Positions 1-9,383 of a DNA stretch of 64,000 bases are shown here, piece by piece. Position 1 is the stretch's first letter, and every line of letters begins with the position of its first letter. The position numbers and the translations under genes were made by a program. The stretch is from a bacterium. Lineage in GTDB: Bacteria > Patescibacteriota > Dojkabacteria > JAKAPS01 > JAJZLI01. The stretch covers positions 4,918 to 68,917 of the forward strand of contig JAJYWX010000007.1 in the NCBI GenBank assembly GCA_021791275.1, in the 5' to 3' direction. The notes beneath the pieces were generated by a model. The model worked only from the letters and a program-made list of their open reading frames with translations. It had not been told where the DNA came from and did no database searches.

Positions 1-1
1 A

Positions 2-607
2 CTTATAATTGATGTTCCTAAGGATTATATTGGAGATATATCGACAGAACTTTCAAAAAGAAGAGCAGAACTTGTAAATATGGTAGAAGAAGGAGAGGGA
101 AGAGTAAGATTTTATTATAAAATTTTAACAAAAAATCTTTTTGGTCTAAGATCTGATCTTTTAAATAAAACTAAGGGTATGGCTATAATAAATCATACAT
201 TTTTAGGTTATACTCCAATTTCTGATACTGTAAAATCTGATAGGAATGGAGTTTTAATATCATCAGACCAAGGTACTGCAACTGCATACTCTCTTTTTTC
301 TGCTCAAGACAGGGGAGATCTTTTTATTCCATCTTTTACAAAAGTTTATGCGGGTATGATAATTGGTATAAACAAATACCAAAGAGATATGGAGATTAAT
401 GTAACAAAAGAGAAACATGCAACTAATATGCATACTGAGGGTAGTGATGAGACGATACACCTTTATCCTGTAATTCCATTGACTATAGAGTATGGTATGA
501 ATTTTATAAATGATGATGAATATTTAGAAATTACTCCTAAAAATTTAAGGCTTAGGAAAAAGATTTTAAATAAAGGGGAAAGAGAGAGAAGTAATAAAAA
601 AATATAA
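2..607 (+). CDS. typA: Translational GTPase TypA/BipA, C-terminal ~200 aa. 5-prime partial: the frame is open from position 2 and the gene starts upstream of the window.
   Basis: The translation matches the BipA C-terminal domain (...GMIIGINKYQRDMEINVTKEKHATNMHTEGSDETIHL...LEITPKNLRLRKKIL). The frame stays open 5-prime of the first Met at position 80. Confidence 0.75.
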   Translation, partial: LIIDVPKDYIGDISTELSKRRAELVNMVEEGEGRVRFYYKILTKNLFGLRSDLLNKTKGMAIINHTFLGYTPISDTVKSDRNGVLISSDQGTATAYSLFSAQDRGDLFIPSFTKVYAGMIIGINKYQRDMEINVTKEKHATNMHTEGSDETIHLYPVIPLTIEYGMNFINDDEYLEITPKNLRLRKKILNKGERERSNKKI

Positions 608-630
608 TATTTTGTTATAATGTTTAGAGT

Positions 631-870
631 ATGGATCTCATAATTTATGTTATATTAGGAATAATTTTTGGGGGGATATTTTCTAAAAAGTATAAGATGG
701 CAGGAGGGCTGTATATATATATTATTATAGGTATGATAGGGGCTTTTGCTGGAGGATTATTCTCATCTGCATTTATTACAAAGGATATTTTTATAAATAT
801 ATTTTTATCTATAATATTCTCATTAATTCTTTTATATATATTTAAAATTTTAGTAAATAAAACAAGTTAA
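631..870 (+). CDS. GlsB/YeaQ/YmgE-family (transglycosylase-associated) small membrane protein
   Basis: 79 aa with two TM segments and Gly-rich motifs IIFGGIFS / IIGMIGAFAGGLFSS, typical of the family. Confidence 0.55.
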   Translation: MDLIIYVILGIIFGGIFSKKYKMAGGLYIYIIIGMIGAFAGGLFSSAFITKDIFINIFLSIIFSLILLYIFKILVNKTS

Positions 871-873
871 GTT

Positions 874-2076
874 ATGAAAAAATTTCCTAAAGATTTCAAA
901 TGGGGTGTATCAACTTCTTCTTACCAAATAGAAGGAGGAAATAATAATTCAGATTGGGCTTTATGGGAAGAGAAAAGAGGAATTGAGAAGGCTGGGATAG
1001 CTTGTGACTCTTATAGGAAATATGACAAAGATATTGAAGCTTTAGAAAAATTAAATGTAAATGCTTACAGATTTTCTATCGAATGGTCAAGAATAGAGCC
1101 TAAAGATGGTGAATGGAATTTGGAAGCTTTGGAATACTATAAGGATTTAATTAAAAAGCTTAAATCGAAAGGAATTGAGCCATTTGTAACACTTTTTCAT
1201 TTTTCCCTACCTTTATGGATAAGTGAACAAAAAGGATTTGAAAATAAGAAAAGTATTCAATACTTTAAAAGATATACGGAATTTATAGTAGAGAATTTAG
1301 GTGCAGATGTAAATTTTTGGATTACTATAAATGAACCGGTAATTTTTGCTTCATTGGGTTATTTAGATGCAGAATGGCCACCAGGTAAAAGATCGTATAG
1401 AAAATATTTAAAGGTAATAAAAAATCTTGAGCAGTCACACATTATAAGTTATAAAAAAATAAATGAAGTATATAAAAAGTATGGATGGAGTAAGCCTGCA
1501 ATTTCGATGTCTTTTAACAACTCAAATTTTGAAGCTAAAGATTTTCTCTCTAGAATATACATCGGAATTGTAAAATATATATTTAATTACTCTGTCATAA
1601 ATAAGGTAATAAATTATCTTGATTTTATAGGATTAAATGTTTATTTCTATAATGAAATAGAATTTGCACCTTTTAAAGAAGGAAATTTATTTTTTAGGAA
1701 GGTTAAACATGATAATTTAGAAAAGGCAGATGTATTGGGATGGGAGATATATCCTAAAATAATGTATAACCTAGTTACAGATATATATAAAAGGTATAAA
1801 AAGGATATATACATAACAGAGAATGGTATTTCTGATACTGATGATAGTAGAAGAGAAAAGTATATAAAGGATAATTTAAGATATTTATTAAAGAGTATTG
1901 ATGAGGGGGCGAGTGTAAAGGGCTATTTCCATTGGACTTTGTCTGATAATTTTGAATGGGTAAATGGTTATAAAGCTAAATTTGGTCTTTGTTATATAGA
2001 CTCTTCTTCAGAAAGAGTGTTAAAAAAGAGTGGAGAATATTATGCAAAGATAGCTCAAACTAATTCTCTCAATTAA
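874..2076 (+). CDS. Glycoside hydrolase family 1 (beta-glucosidase/6-phospho-beta-glucosidase-like)
   Basis: N-terminal FPKDFKWGVSTSSYQIEGG signature; acid/base motif ITINEP and nucleophile motif ITENG; 400 aa. Confidence 0.85.
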   Translation: MKKFPKDFKWGVSTSSYQIEGGNNNSDWALWEEKRGIEKAGIACDSYRKYDKDIEALEKLNVNAYRFSIEWSRIEPKDGEWNLEALEYYKDLIKKLKSKGIEPFVTLFHFSLPLWISEQKGFENKKSIQYFKRYTEFIVENLGADVNFWITINEPVIFASLGYLDAEWPPGKRSYRKYLKVIKNLEQSHIISYKKINEVYKKYGWSKPAISMSFNNSNFEAKDFLSRIYIGIVKYIFNYSVINKVINYLDFIGLNVYFYNEIEFAPFKEGNLFFRKVKHDNLEKADVLGWEIYPKIMYNLVTDIYKRYKKDIYITENGISDTDDSRREKYIKDNLRYLLKSIDEGASVKGYFHWTLSDNFEWVNGYKAKFGLCYIDSSSERVLKKSGEYYAKIAQTNSLN

Positions 2077-2098
2077 TTTTTTTAAGTAATATATTTAT

Positions 2099-2890
2099 AT
2101 GAAGATTGCAGACGTGCATATACATTCTAATATGTCTGATGGGGTAAGGTCTCCTGAAGATATTGTTGATTATGTGGAGCATTTAAAAGTTCTTAATAAG
2201 ATATATATAACTGATCATGATAACATTGAAGGGTCAATACGTGCTAAAAATTATTCACTTATTAAAGATTATAAGATAGAAGTAGGAATAGGAATTGAAG
2301 TATCGAGTAAAGATTGCCATATATTGGCTTTAGATGTTAAATCTCAGATTAAAAAGGGTATGAGTTTAGAGAGAACTTGTGAAGAAATTGTAAAACAGGG
2401 AGGATTTCCAATTGTAGCTCACCCTTTCAACCCTTATTTTTGGCAATTAAAGCATGATTCTGGCAAGAATTTAGCATTACGTATGATTGATTTAAAGATT
2501 CCTTTTGCATTTGAAGTTAACGGAACTTTAAATTATCCAACATTAGTTTATTCAAAAGGAAGGATATTAGATAAAGTATCATCTATATCTCAGAACAATA
2601 GGAGGGCAATAAAATGTTCTAAAGAGTTTAATATACCAGTAATTGGAGCATCTGATGCACATATGTTGAGAGCAATAGGTAGTGCATATACAGTCTATAC
2701 TAATGATCTTATATCTGATATAAAAAATAATAAAGTTAACTATGGATTTGATTTTTCAAGAAGGAGGGAAGGTTTAATTTATCTTGGGTATCATGTTCTC
2801 TTTGATCCTATTCCTATTAGGAAAAAGTATAAAAGAAAAATGCTCAATATAATACCTAAAGCTAAAAGTAGTAGAAAGTATTTTATCTAA
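2099..2890 (+). CDS. PHP-domain metal-dependent phosphoesterase
   Basis: N-terminal ADVHIHSNMSDG and ITDHD motifs (the His/Asp metal ligands of the PHP fold); 263 aa. Confidence 0.6.
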   Translation: MKIADVHIHSNMSDGVRSPEDIVDYVEHLKVLNKIYITDHDNIEGSIRAKNYSLIKDYKIEVGIGIEVSSKDCHILALDVKSQIKKGMSLERTCEEIVKQGGFPIVAHPFNPYFWQLKHDSGKNLALRMIDLKIPFAFEVNGTLNYPTLVYSKGRILDKVSSISQNNRRAIKCSKEFNIPVIGASDAHMLRAIGSAYTVYTNDLISDIKNNKVNYGFDFSRRREGLIYLGYHVLFDPIPIRKKYKRKMLNIIPKAKSSRKYFI

Positions 2891-2896
2891 AGAATT

Positions 2897-3343
2897 TTGA
2901 AAGATTTATTTAATAAATTATATAAATATTTTATAGTTGGGATAATAGGTATATTAGTAGATAATATAGCTATTATAGCACTTGAATATTTATTGGGAAT
3001 ATCTCCAGATATTGCAACTCTTATTTCTGCTGAGGTTGGAAATATAAATAATTTTATATTTAATGATAAATGGACATTTAAAGATAGAAAATCAGGAGCT
3101 TTTTGGGAAAGGATTTTAAAATATCATATATCAATAAGTGTTGGATTTATAGTTTCACGTTTAATACTATTTCCGATTTTCTATAATATGTTTATAGCAC
3201 ATACTGATAAATTTATATCAACTCTTGCAGCTAATAATATTAGTATATTTCTCTCTTTTATTATTAATTTTTCCTTAAATATATTGTTCACATGGGGTAA
3301 AAAAGGTGGGGAAGTTGCTATAGAGGATACTGAGCTAAGGTAG
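2897..3343 (+). CDS. GtrA-family polysaccharide-synthesis membrane protein
   Basis: 148 aa with four TM segments; N-terminal YKYFIVGIIGILVDNIAI resembles the GtrA-like domain. Confidence 0.55.
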   Translation: MKDLFNKLYKYFIVGIIGILVDNIAIIALEYLLGISPDIATLISAEVGNINNFIFNDKWTFKDRKSGAFWERILKYHISISVGFIVSRLILFPIFYNMFIAHTDKFISTLAANNISIFLSFIINFSLNILFTWGKKGGEVAIEDTELR

Positions 3344-4825
3344 CTTTGCCCATAAAAATGAGTTGGGGTGTAGAGAAATCTTATCCTTTTCTAGTTCCTT
3401 AATATTATATCCAAAAATTATAGAGAAATCTTTTTTTACTTCAATTTCTCTATTTTTTATATTATGAATAAACAAAAGGTTGTCTTTTCTATATGATAGA
3501 AGATTATCATTTATAAAGTGGGGTTGAGGATAAATATATGATATTTTTTCTTCATATTTTTTTCTTATTTTTATAATAGATATTAAATTTTTAAGTATTT
3601 TTTTGTTATATTTTTCCCAATTAATACTATCTCTTATAATATCTCTTTTATCATATCCTTTCTTTTTTCTTATCATTTCATTGTCGTGCATACCTCTTTC
3701 ATCCCCCATATAAATTATAGGTGTTCCAGAAAGGCTAAGTAGTATTGAGAATGAAATTAGGACTTTGTCATCTGAGCTTAATAAGTCAATTAGTCTTTTT
3801 GATATTCCTCCGTTGAATATATATTTTTTATCTTTATCAAAATTTTTAATATAAACATTATATAGTTTGCTACCTAAATTTGAGAGTGTCATTTCATCGT
3901 GGTTTCTTAGAAAGGAGGCAAATTGTGCTTTATCATTTTTCAGTCTATATCTTTCTAAATTTCTTGTTATATATTTAGGATTTCCGGTTTTTACACACAA
4001 GAGAGTTCTTTGCATTAAATGAAAATTGAATGACATTTCAACTTCATTAAGATATTTCTTGATTTTGCCTATTTTTTCATTTGCCTCAGTTATAAAAATT
4101 ATATTAGGATGTATTTTATTAACTTCCTTTTTAAGTATTTTTATAGTATTGTGTGTTTCTTTTAAATCCTCACAAGAGGTATTTTCTTTTTTTATAAGGT
4201 ATGGTGCTGCATCTATTCTTATTCCATCTACTCCTAATTTGGCCCAAAATGATATTATATCAATAAATTCATTTAATACATTTTTATTTTCCCAATTAAG
4301 ATCTGGCTGATATTTATAGAATCTATGAAAGTAAAATTCTTGCCTTGTTTTAGAGTATTCCCAATTGCTTTTTTCATAATCTGAAAATATTATTGGAGCC
4401 TCTGTGTATTTATTTACATCTTTATTCCAAATATAATAGTCTTTGTATATACTTTCTTTATTTTTAGATTTTATAAACCAAGGGTGTTTATATGAGGTAT
4501 GGTTTATAGGAAGATCCAATATTACTTTTATATTTTTATCATGTAGTTTTTGGCAAAGTAATTTAAAATCATTTATATTTCCCAATTTTTTCCTTATCGA
4601 TTTATAATCTGTTACGTCATATCCATAATCTTTTAATGTAGAAGGGTAAGGTGGAAGGATCCAAATACAAGATATTCCAAGATTTTCAAAATAAGGTATC
4701 TTTTCTATGACTCCTTTTATATCTCCTATTCCATCATTATTACTATCAGAAAATAGGTTTATATATAGTTCGTACCATACTCCTTCTTTGTACCAATACC
4801 TTTTCTCTGATTTATTATTTGCCAT
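3335..4825 (-). CDS. Alpha-amylase-family glycoside hydrolase (GH13); specificity unresolved
   Basis: GH13 conserved regions are present: ILDLPINHTS (region I), GVDGIRIDAAPYL (region II, catalytic Asp), FLRNHDE (region IV). Confidence 0.8.
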   Translation of the reverse strand: MANNKSEKRYWYKEGVWYELYINLFSDSNNDGIGDIKGVIEKIPYFENLGISCIWILPPYPSTLKDYGYDVTDYKSIRKKLGNINDFKLLCQKLHDKNIKVILDLPINHTSYKHPWFIKSKNKESIYKDYYIWNKDVNKYTEAPIIFSDYEKSNWEYSKTRQEFYFHRFYKYQPDLNWENKNVLNEFIDIISFWAKLGVDGIRIDAAPYLIKKENTSCEDLKETHNTIKILKKEVNKIHPNIIFITEANEKIGKIKKYLNEVEMSFNFHLMQRTLLCVKTGNPKYITRNLERYRLKNDKAQFASFLRNHDEMTLSNLGSKLYNVYIKNFDKDKKYIFNGGISKRLIDLLSSDDKVLISFSILLSLSGTPIIYMGDERGMHDNEMIRKKKGYDKRDIIRDSINWEKYNKKILKNLISIIKIRKKYEEKISYIYPQPHFINDNLLSYRKDNLLFIHNIKNREIEVKKDFSIIFGYNIKELEKDKISLHPNSFLWAKLP

Positions 4826-4912
4826 CTAATTTATTATATCAAAGGTTTTTTATATGTAAACAAATAGATACTCTATAATTAATTTTTTTTCTGATATATA
4901 ATAACTCTAATT

Positions 4913-5614
4913 ATGTCTATTATCAGTATATTTATATCTGGAATAATAATACTTCTTCTTTTTGTTTTCGCTTTAAGAAAATATTTTAAACATAAAACAA
5001 AATCTAATCTTTTGTATTCTTTGGGATTTTTTGAAACATCTATATCAGTTTTTGCATTTTTAATATCAATATATACTAAGAATCATTTTGCATTCTATTT
5101 ATATTACTTTTTGGGTGCAGGTTTAACCCCAGCTTTATTGGGACTAGGGTCGGTATATCTTTTAAAAGAAAAATTTCATATACAGGATGCACTTTTGATA
5201 ATAACAATAATTGCATCAGTTGCTCTTATAATACTTTTCTATTTCTCTACTTTCTCTAATTTTAATTTTTCACTTCTCACTAATTTAATATTTAAAAACA
5301 TCATTACTGCAAAGGATATTAGGATATCTCTATTGGGTGTGGGAATAATTAATAATGGATATTGGCTAATACCTTTAGTATTTTTAAATACGATAGGAAC
5401 GATTGAAATTTTGTATGTAGCACTTTTCTCTATTATTAAATCGATTAAAAACAAGAATTTTAATAAAAGAACTTTGGGAGTAATATTTATTTTTATAGCA
5501 ACCTTTTTGCTTGCATCAGTGGCTTCCATTTCAAGATTTTATAATATCAGTGTTATTTGGCTCTCATTTCTTTTGGTATGGATAATATTTTTTGCAGGAT
5601 TCAGTTTGGTTTAG
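4913..5614 (+). CDS. Polytopic membrane protein, unknown function
   Basis: 233 aa with about 7 hydrophobic helices and no recognisable motif. Confidence 0.4.
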   Translation: MSIISIFISGIIILLLFVFALRKYFKHKTKSNLLYSLGFFETSISVFAFLISIYTKNHFAFYLYYFLGAGLTPALLGLGSVYLLKEKFHIQDALLIITIIASVALIILFYFSTFSNFNFSLLTNLIFKNIITAKDIRISLLGVGIINNGYWLIPLVFLNTIGTIEILYVALFSIIKSIKNKNFNKRTLGVIFIFIATFLLASVASISRFYNISVIWLSFLLVWIIFFAGFSLV

Positions 5615-5618
5615 ATAA

Positions 5619-6299
5619 ATGATTATCCTATATATATTACTTCTATTAATAATATTGCTTTTTATATATGAGATATATGTAATAGTGTATTTTAAAATTA
5701 AGGTTAAAAGCTATAAAGATTATTGGAATAAAAAAGCAATGGAGGAGGGAGAGTTTGTCTATTTAGCTTTAGGAGATTCCTCTGCACAATCTATTGGTGC
5801 AAGTAAGGTATCTTTAGGGTATGTAGGTATTTTAGAAGAGTATATATCAAAAAAAATAGAAAAAAAGATTAAGGTAATTAATTTATCCTCCACAGGTGCA
5901 GTATTGGATGATGTCATTAAGTATCAAATTCCAAAATTAAAAAAATTACAATTTGATATTGTAACTGTCTCGATAGGGGCAAATGATATTAGAAAAAAAA
6001 TATTAAAAGAAGATATTTATAAAAAATTTGATAAACTCTTTTTTCTTTTACCAAAGGGTAGTTTTGTTGCGGATATACCTTTTTGGGGATCAGGCTATGG
6101 AGAAGAGGTATCTGAATATGTTAAAGGTTTTATTCCCGAATTAGCTAGTAAATATCGTCATATAAATGTAAATCTATATGATTATACAAAAAAGAGAGTA
6201 AGTTTTAAGAATTACTCTCTTGATTTTTTTCATCCTTCCGATTCAGGATATAGAATTTGGGCAGATGCGTTTATAGATAAAATTAAAGATTTTATTTAA
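5619..6299 (+). CDS. SGNH/GDSL-family hydrolase with N-terminal TM anchor
   Basis: Block I LALGDSSAQSIGA (GDS-Ser) and a C-terminal FHPSDSGY block (Asp/His of the triad). Confidence 0.6.
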   Translation: MIILYILLLLIILLFIYEIYVIVYFKIKVKSYKDYWNKKAMEEGEFVYLALGDSSAQSIGASKVSLGYVGILEEYISKKIEKKIKVINLSSTGAVLDDVIKYQIPKLKKLQFDIVTVSIGANDIRKKILKEDIYKKFDKLFFLLPKGSFVADIPFWGSGYGEEVSEYVKGFIPELASKYRHINVNLYDYTKKRVSFKNYSLDFFHPSDSGYRIWADAFIDKIKDFI

Positions 6300-6547
6300 T
6301 TTCTTTCTCTTGCTTCGTTTACAACTAATTCTCTTCCGTCTATTTGTTTACCGTTAAACTCACTAATAGCTTTTTTTGCATCATCTTCATTTTTCATTTC
6401 TACAAAACCAAAACCCCTGCTTCTTCTTGTTTCTTTATCAATGATTATTTTTGCTGAGACGACTTCGCCTACTTCTGAGAAAAGATTTTGTAAATCTTCT
6501 TCGGTAAAATTAAAAGGTAGCTTTGCTACAAAAAGTTTATTTGACAT
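6296..6547 (-). CDS. RRM-type RNA-binding protein
   Basis: RNP-2 LFVAKL and RNP-1 RGFGFVEM motifs; 83 aa. Confidence 0.8.
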   Translation of the reverse strand: MSNKLFVAKLPFNFTEEDLQNLFSEVGEVVSAKIIIDKETRRSRGFGFVEMKNEDDAKKAISEFNGKQIDGRELVVNEARERN

Positions 6548-6588
6548 AAATGTATATAAAATAAAATAAAATAAACAAATTAAAAAAA

Positions 6589-7764
6589 TTAAGTAGAAAT
6601 AAAGGTAAGTGCTTTCCCCATTTTGTTTCCTCGTCCTGTTCTTCCTATTCGGTGAATATAGTCTTCATAATTACTGGGTAGATCGAAATTGATTACGTGA
6701 GTAATATCTGAGATATCTAAACCTCTGGAAGCTACATCGGTAGCAACCAATATTTGTACTTTATTTTCTTTAAATTGTGCTAGTGCTTTCTCTCTTTTAT
6801 ATTGAGATTTATCACCATGTATAGATTGTACTCTAAAACCTCTTTTATTTAAAGTGTCTGATAGTTTTTCTGTATCCCTTTTGGTTTTTATGAATATTAA
6901 AACTTTTTTAAATTCATCTTTAATTAGAAGATCATGAAGTATTTCGATTTTATTTTGATCCTTATTCACCTTTATTATATCTTGTGATACGTTCTCTGAA
7001 GGATCCCTTTTGTCAACTGATACGAATATAGGGTCGTTAACAAAAGATTTTAATACCTCCTTAGCCTTATTAGGTAGTGTTGCGGAGAAAAATAGAGATT
7101 GTTTATGAGAGCTAATTTTTGAAATCAAAAAACGTATATCCTCTAAAAATCCCATATCTAACATTGTATCTACCTCATCTAGGACAACAGTGTTAAAATT
7201 ATTCATATCCAATAGGCCTCTTTTATATAGATCTTTTAATCTACCTGGTGTTCCTATAATAAAGTCATTTTTGTTTTTGAGCCTTTGTATTTGTTTTTGT
7301 ATATTGACTCCGCCTATACATATACATGAATATAGATTCATTCCTTCTGATATAGACCTAAATTCTGTATTTATTTGTAATGCTAATTCTCTTGTGGGAG
7401 TTATAATTATAGATTTATTATTATCTCTGAAAGCTTTATCTATTAAAGGTATTAAAAAAGCTGCAGTTTTTCCCGTTCCTGTTTGTGCTAGTCCAACTAC
7501 ATCTTTTGTATTAAGTATTGGATTTATACACTCATCTTGTATTTGTGTGGGGTTTATATAACCTTTATTCTTAAGATTAAGTTTTATTCTTTCTGAAATA
7601 TTAAAATCTGAGAATTTGTTTTTAGAGATAAAATCTTTTTTTTCTGAATTATCGGATTTTTGTGATATAAATTTTTCTATATCTATAAAATCTCTTTTTT
7701 TACTTCTGTTTCTTGAAAAGTTATTCCTTCCTCTTCTATATGAGTTATTTCTATTTCTGTACAT
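6589..7764 (-). CDS. DEAD-box ATP-dependent RNA helicase (DEVD variant) with an N-terminal Arg/Asn-rich extension
   Basis: Walker A AQTGTGKTAAF, PTRELA, motif II VLDEVD, SAT, HRIGRTGR. The N-terminus reads MYRNRNNSYRRGRNNFSRNRSKKR. Confidence 0.85.
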   Translation of the reverse strand: MYRNRNNSYRRGRNNFSRNRSKKRDFIDIEKFISQKSDNSEKKDFISKNKFSDFNISERIKLNLKNKGYINPTQIQDECINPILNTKDVVGLAQTGTGKTAAFLIPLIDKAFRDNNKSIIITPTRELALQINTEFRSISEGMNLYSCICIGGVNIQKQIQRLKNKNDFIIGTPGRLKDLYKRGLLDMNNFNTVVLDEVDTMLDMGFLEDIRFLISKISSHKQSLFFSATLPNKAKEVLKSFVNDPIFVSVDKRDPSENVSQDIIKVNKDQNKIEILHDLLIKDEFKKVLIFIKTKRDTEKLSDTLNKRGFRVQSIHGDKSQYKREKALAQFKENKVQILVATDVASRGLDISDITHVINFDLPSNYEDYIHRIGRTGRGNKMGKALTFIST

Positions 7765-7874
7765 TAAATTTTAATATAATTATTCTGATCTATTATGGAT
7801 TCAAAATTTTATATTAAAATTATCTCCATAAGATGACCTTGTAAGTCTAACACAAAAAAAGATATTAGTAAAAT

Positions 7875-8195
7875 TTAGTATTTACCAAGGTCTGTAGGGA
7901 ATTTATATTCCTTCTGAATCCTTTCTAATTTTTTTCTATTAACTTTCTCTGATACACAAATTTGAAAAAACCCAGTACCTTGATCATTTTCATCTAGTCT
8001 TGGTCTTATACTAACATTGTTCTTTCCAAATTTCTTTCTTAATAATGATAATATTTTTTCTGTTTGAGCCTCTTCAGATTCTAGCCCAGGTATGGTAGGT
8101 CTATGCGTTGTAGGATATCTTCTTTCTGCTACAACAACAACGCCTATTTCAGACTCTTCTTCTGTTGTTATTCTTTCTTGTTCTAAACTAACCAT
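7875..8195 (-). CDS. Hypothetical protein
   Basis: 106-aa ORF with good coding appearance and no recognised motif. Confidence 0.3.
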   Translation of the reverse strand: MVSLEQERITTEEESEIGVVVVAERRYPTTHRPTIPGLESEEAQTEKILSLLRKKFGKNNVSIRPRLDENDQGTGFFQICVSEKVNRKKLERIQKEYKFPTDLGKY

Positions 8196-8283
8196 AATAA
8201 TATTATAACAGAACCTATAATATTTTTCAATAGCAAGAATCTTGATTGAAAAAAGAATTTTTATATGACAACATATTATTTAT

Positions 8284-9276
8284 ATGAATAGTGATGAGAA
8301 TAAGGGAAATAAAATAGGTAATTTAGGTGAAAAAGTATTCTCAAAAGAAAATAGTTTAAAAGAAACTTTAATATTAGGGATATGCGTAATTTTTGCTCTA
8401 ATATTAATTGTCATATTTGAGCTTGTTGTAAAATCTATAAATTCAAATGTGCAATATTTTAATTATAACTCTTATAAAGATAATCAAACATCAATTGAAA
8501 GGATTAATTCTTCATATATAATTTTTCCTCAATCATATATTCAGTTAAAAGAAAAACTAAGTTTTATAAATGAAGTTTTAGCAAATAATCAAAAATTGCT
8601 TGATTCCTCTTATTTTTCTTATAAAAATTCCCTTGGAAATACTAGCATTTATCTTACTCAAGAGAAAAATTTATCAAAATTAAATTCACTTAAAAGTATT
8701 AGAAAGCTATCAAATACTTATACATATGAAAGGATACAATCCTTAGAGAATTTTCAAAACTATATTATAAATCTAGAATCTCAAGGTATTCTTTCTAAGA
8801 ATGATTTTTCTATAAAAAATATTTCCAATAAAGTGGAACTTTATATATCAGATTTGAAAACTTTAAATAATGAGATAAATGAATCTAATTCTAAATCCTA
8901 CGATTTGACTCTATTTAATGATTTATTTGGATATAAAATTTACAGAGAGTTTATACCTTATCAGGAGGAATTTATTTATTATAAAATATTAAAATACTTT
9001 AGTCCCAATTACTCTTTAACCTCTATATATATGGGATACTCTATAGATTATTTTAATAAAATCTTTATAAATACATCAAGACTTAATTATTATTATAAAC
9101 TTTTTTCTGAGGACAATTCTTTATATCAGCAATACATTATTAGTTTAGGTGTATATCTAAAAGCAGGAAATTATAATGAAGGAAATATTGCTATTTCCAA
9201 AATCAATTTATCTAGAATATCTTTATATAACAATTTATTAAATTTCAAAGAAATGACATTTACAATTCTAAAATAA
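8284..9276 (+). CDS. Hypothetical membrane-anchored N/S/Y-rich protein
   Basis: N-terminal TM segment (LILGICVIFALILIVIFELVV) followed by a low-complexity extracytoplasmic region. Confidence 0.35.
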   Translation: MNSDENKGNKIGNLGEKVFSKENSLKETLILGICVIFALILIVIFELVVKSINSNVQYFNYNSYKDNQTSIERINSSYIIFPQSYIQLKEKLSFINEVLANNQKLLDSSYFSYKNSLGNTSIYLTQEKNLSKLNSLKSIRKLSNTYTYERIQSLENFQNYIINLESQGILSKNDFSIKNISNKVELYISDLKTLNNEINESNSKSYDLTLFNDLFGYKIYREFIPYQEEFIYYKILKYFSPNYSLTSIYMGYSIDYFNKIFINTSRLNYYYKLFSEDNSLYQQYIISLGVYLKAGNYNEGNIAISKINLSRISLYNNLLNFKEMTFTILK

Positions 9277-9383
9277 AAGAGTTTACAAATAATTGATCTA
9301 ATGCTATTATTGCAACATATTTAAGATACGATAAATTACAAAATGAAACAATCTCGTATTTTATATTGTAAATAAATAAATCT

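Noticed and set aside
263-460. Short antisense/alternative-frame ORFs inside confident genes (e.g. 263-460, 4026-4310, 5239-5529, 7190-7561, 18179-18457, 20266-20451, 20547-20903, 22756-23036, 24147-24347, 26777-26959, 27021-27239, 27621-27806, 27972-28166, 37491-37676, 38426-38677, 39268-39507, 41708-41908, 43653-43961, 45070-45255, 49097-49303, 49808-50002, 51621-51987, 52152-52349, 54688-55180, 55206-55487, 56181-56444, 60398-60592, 60857-61102, 30756-31049)
   Set aside because: Each lies entirely within, and antisense or out of frame to, a gene with clear family motifs. Their compositions are low-complexity and typical of AT-rich noise.
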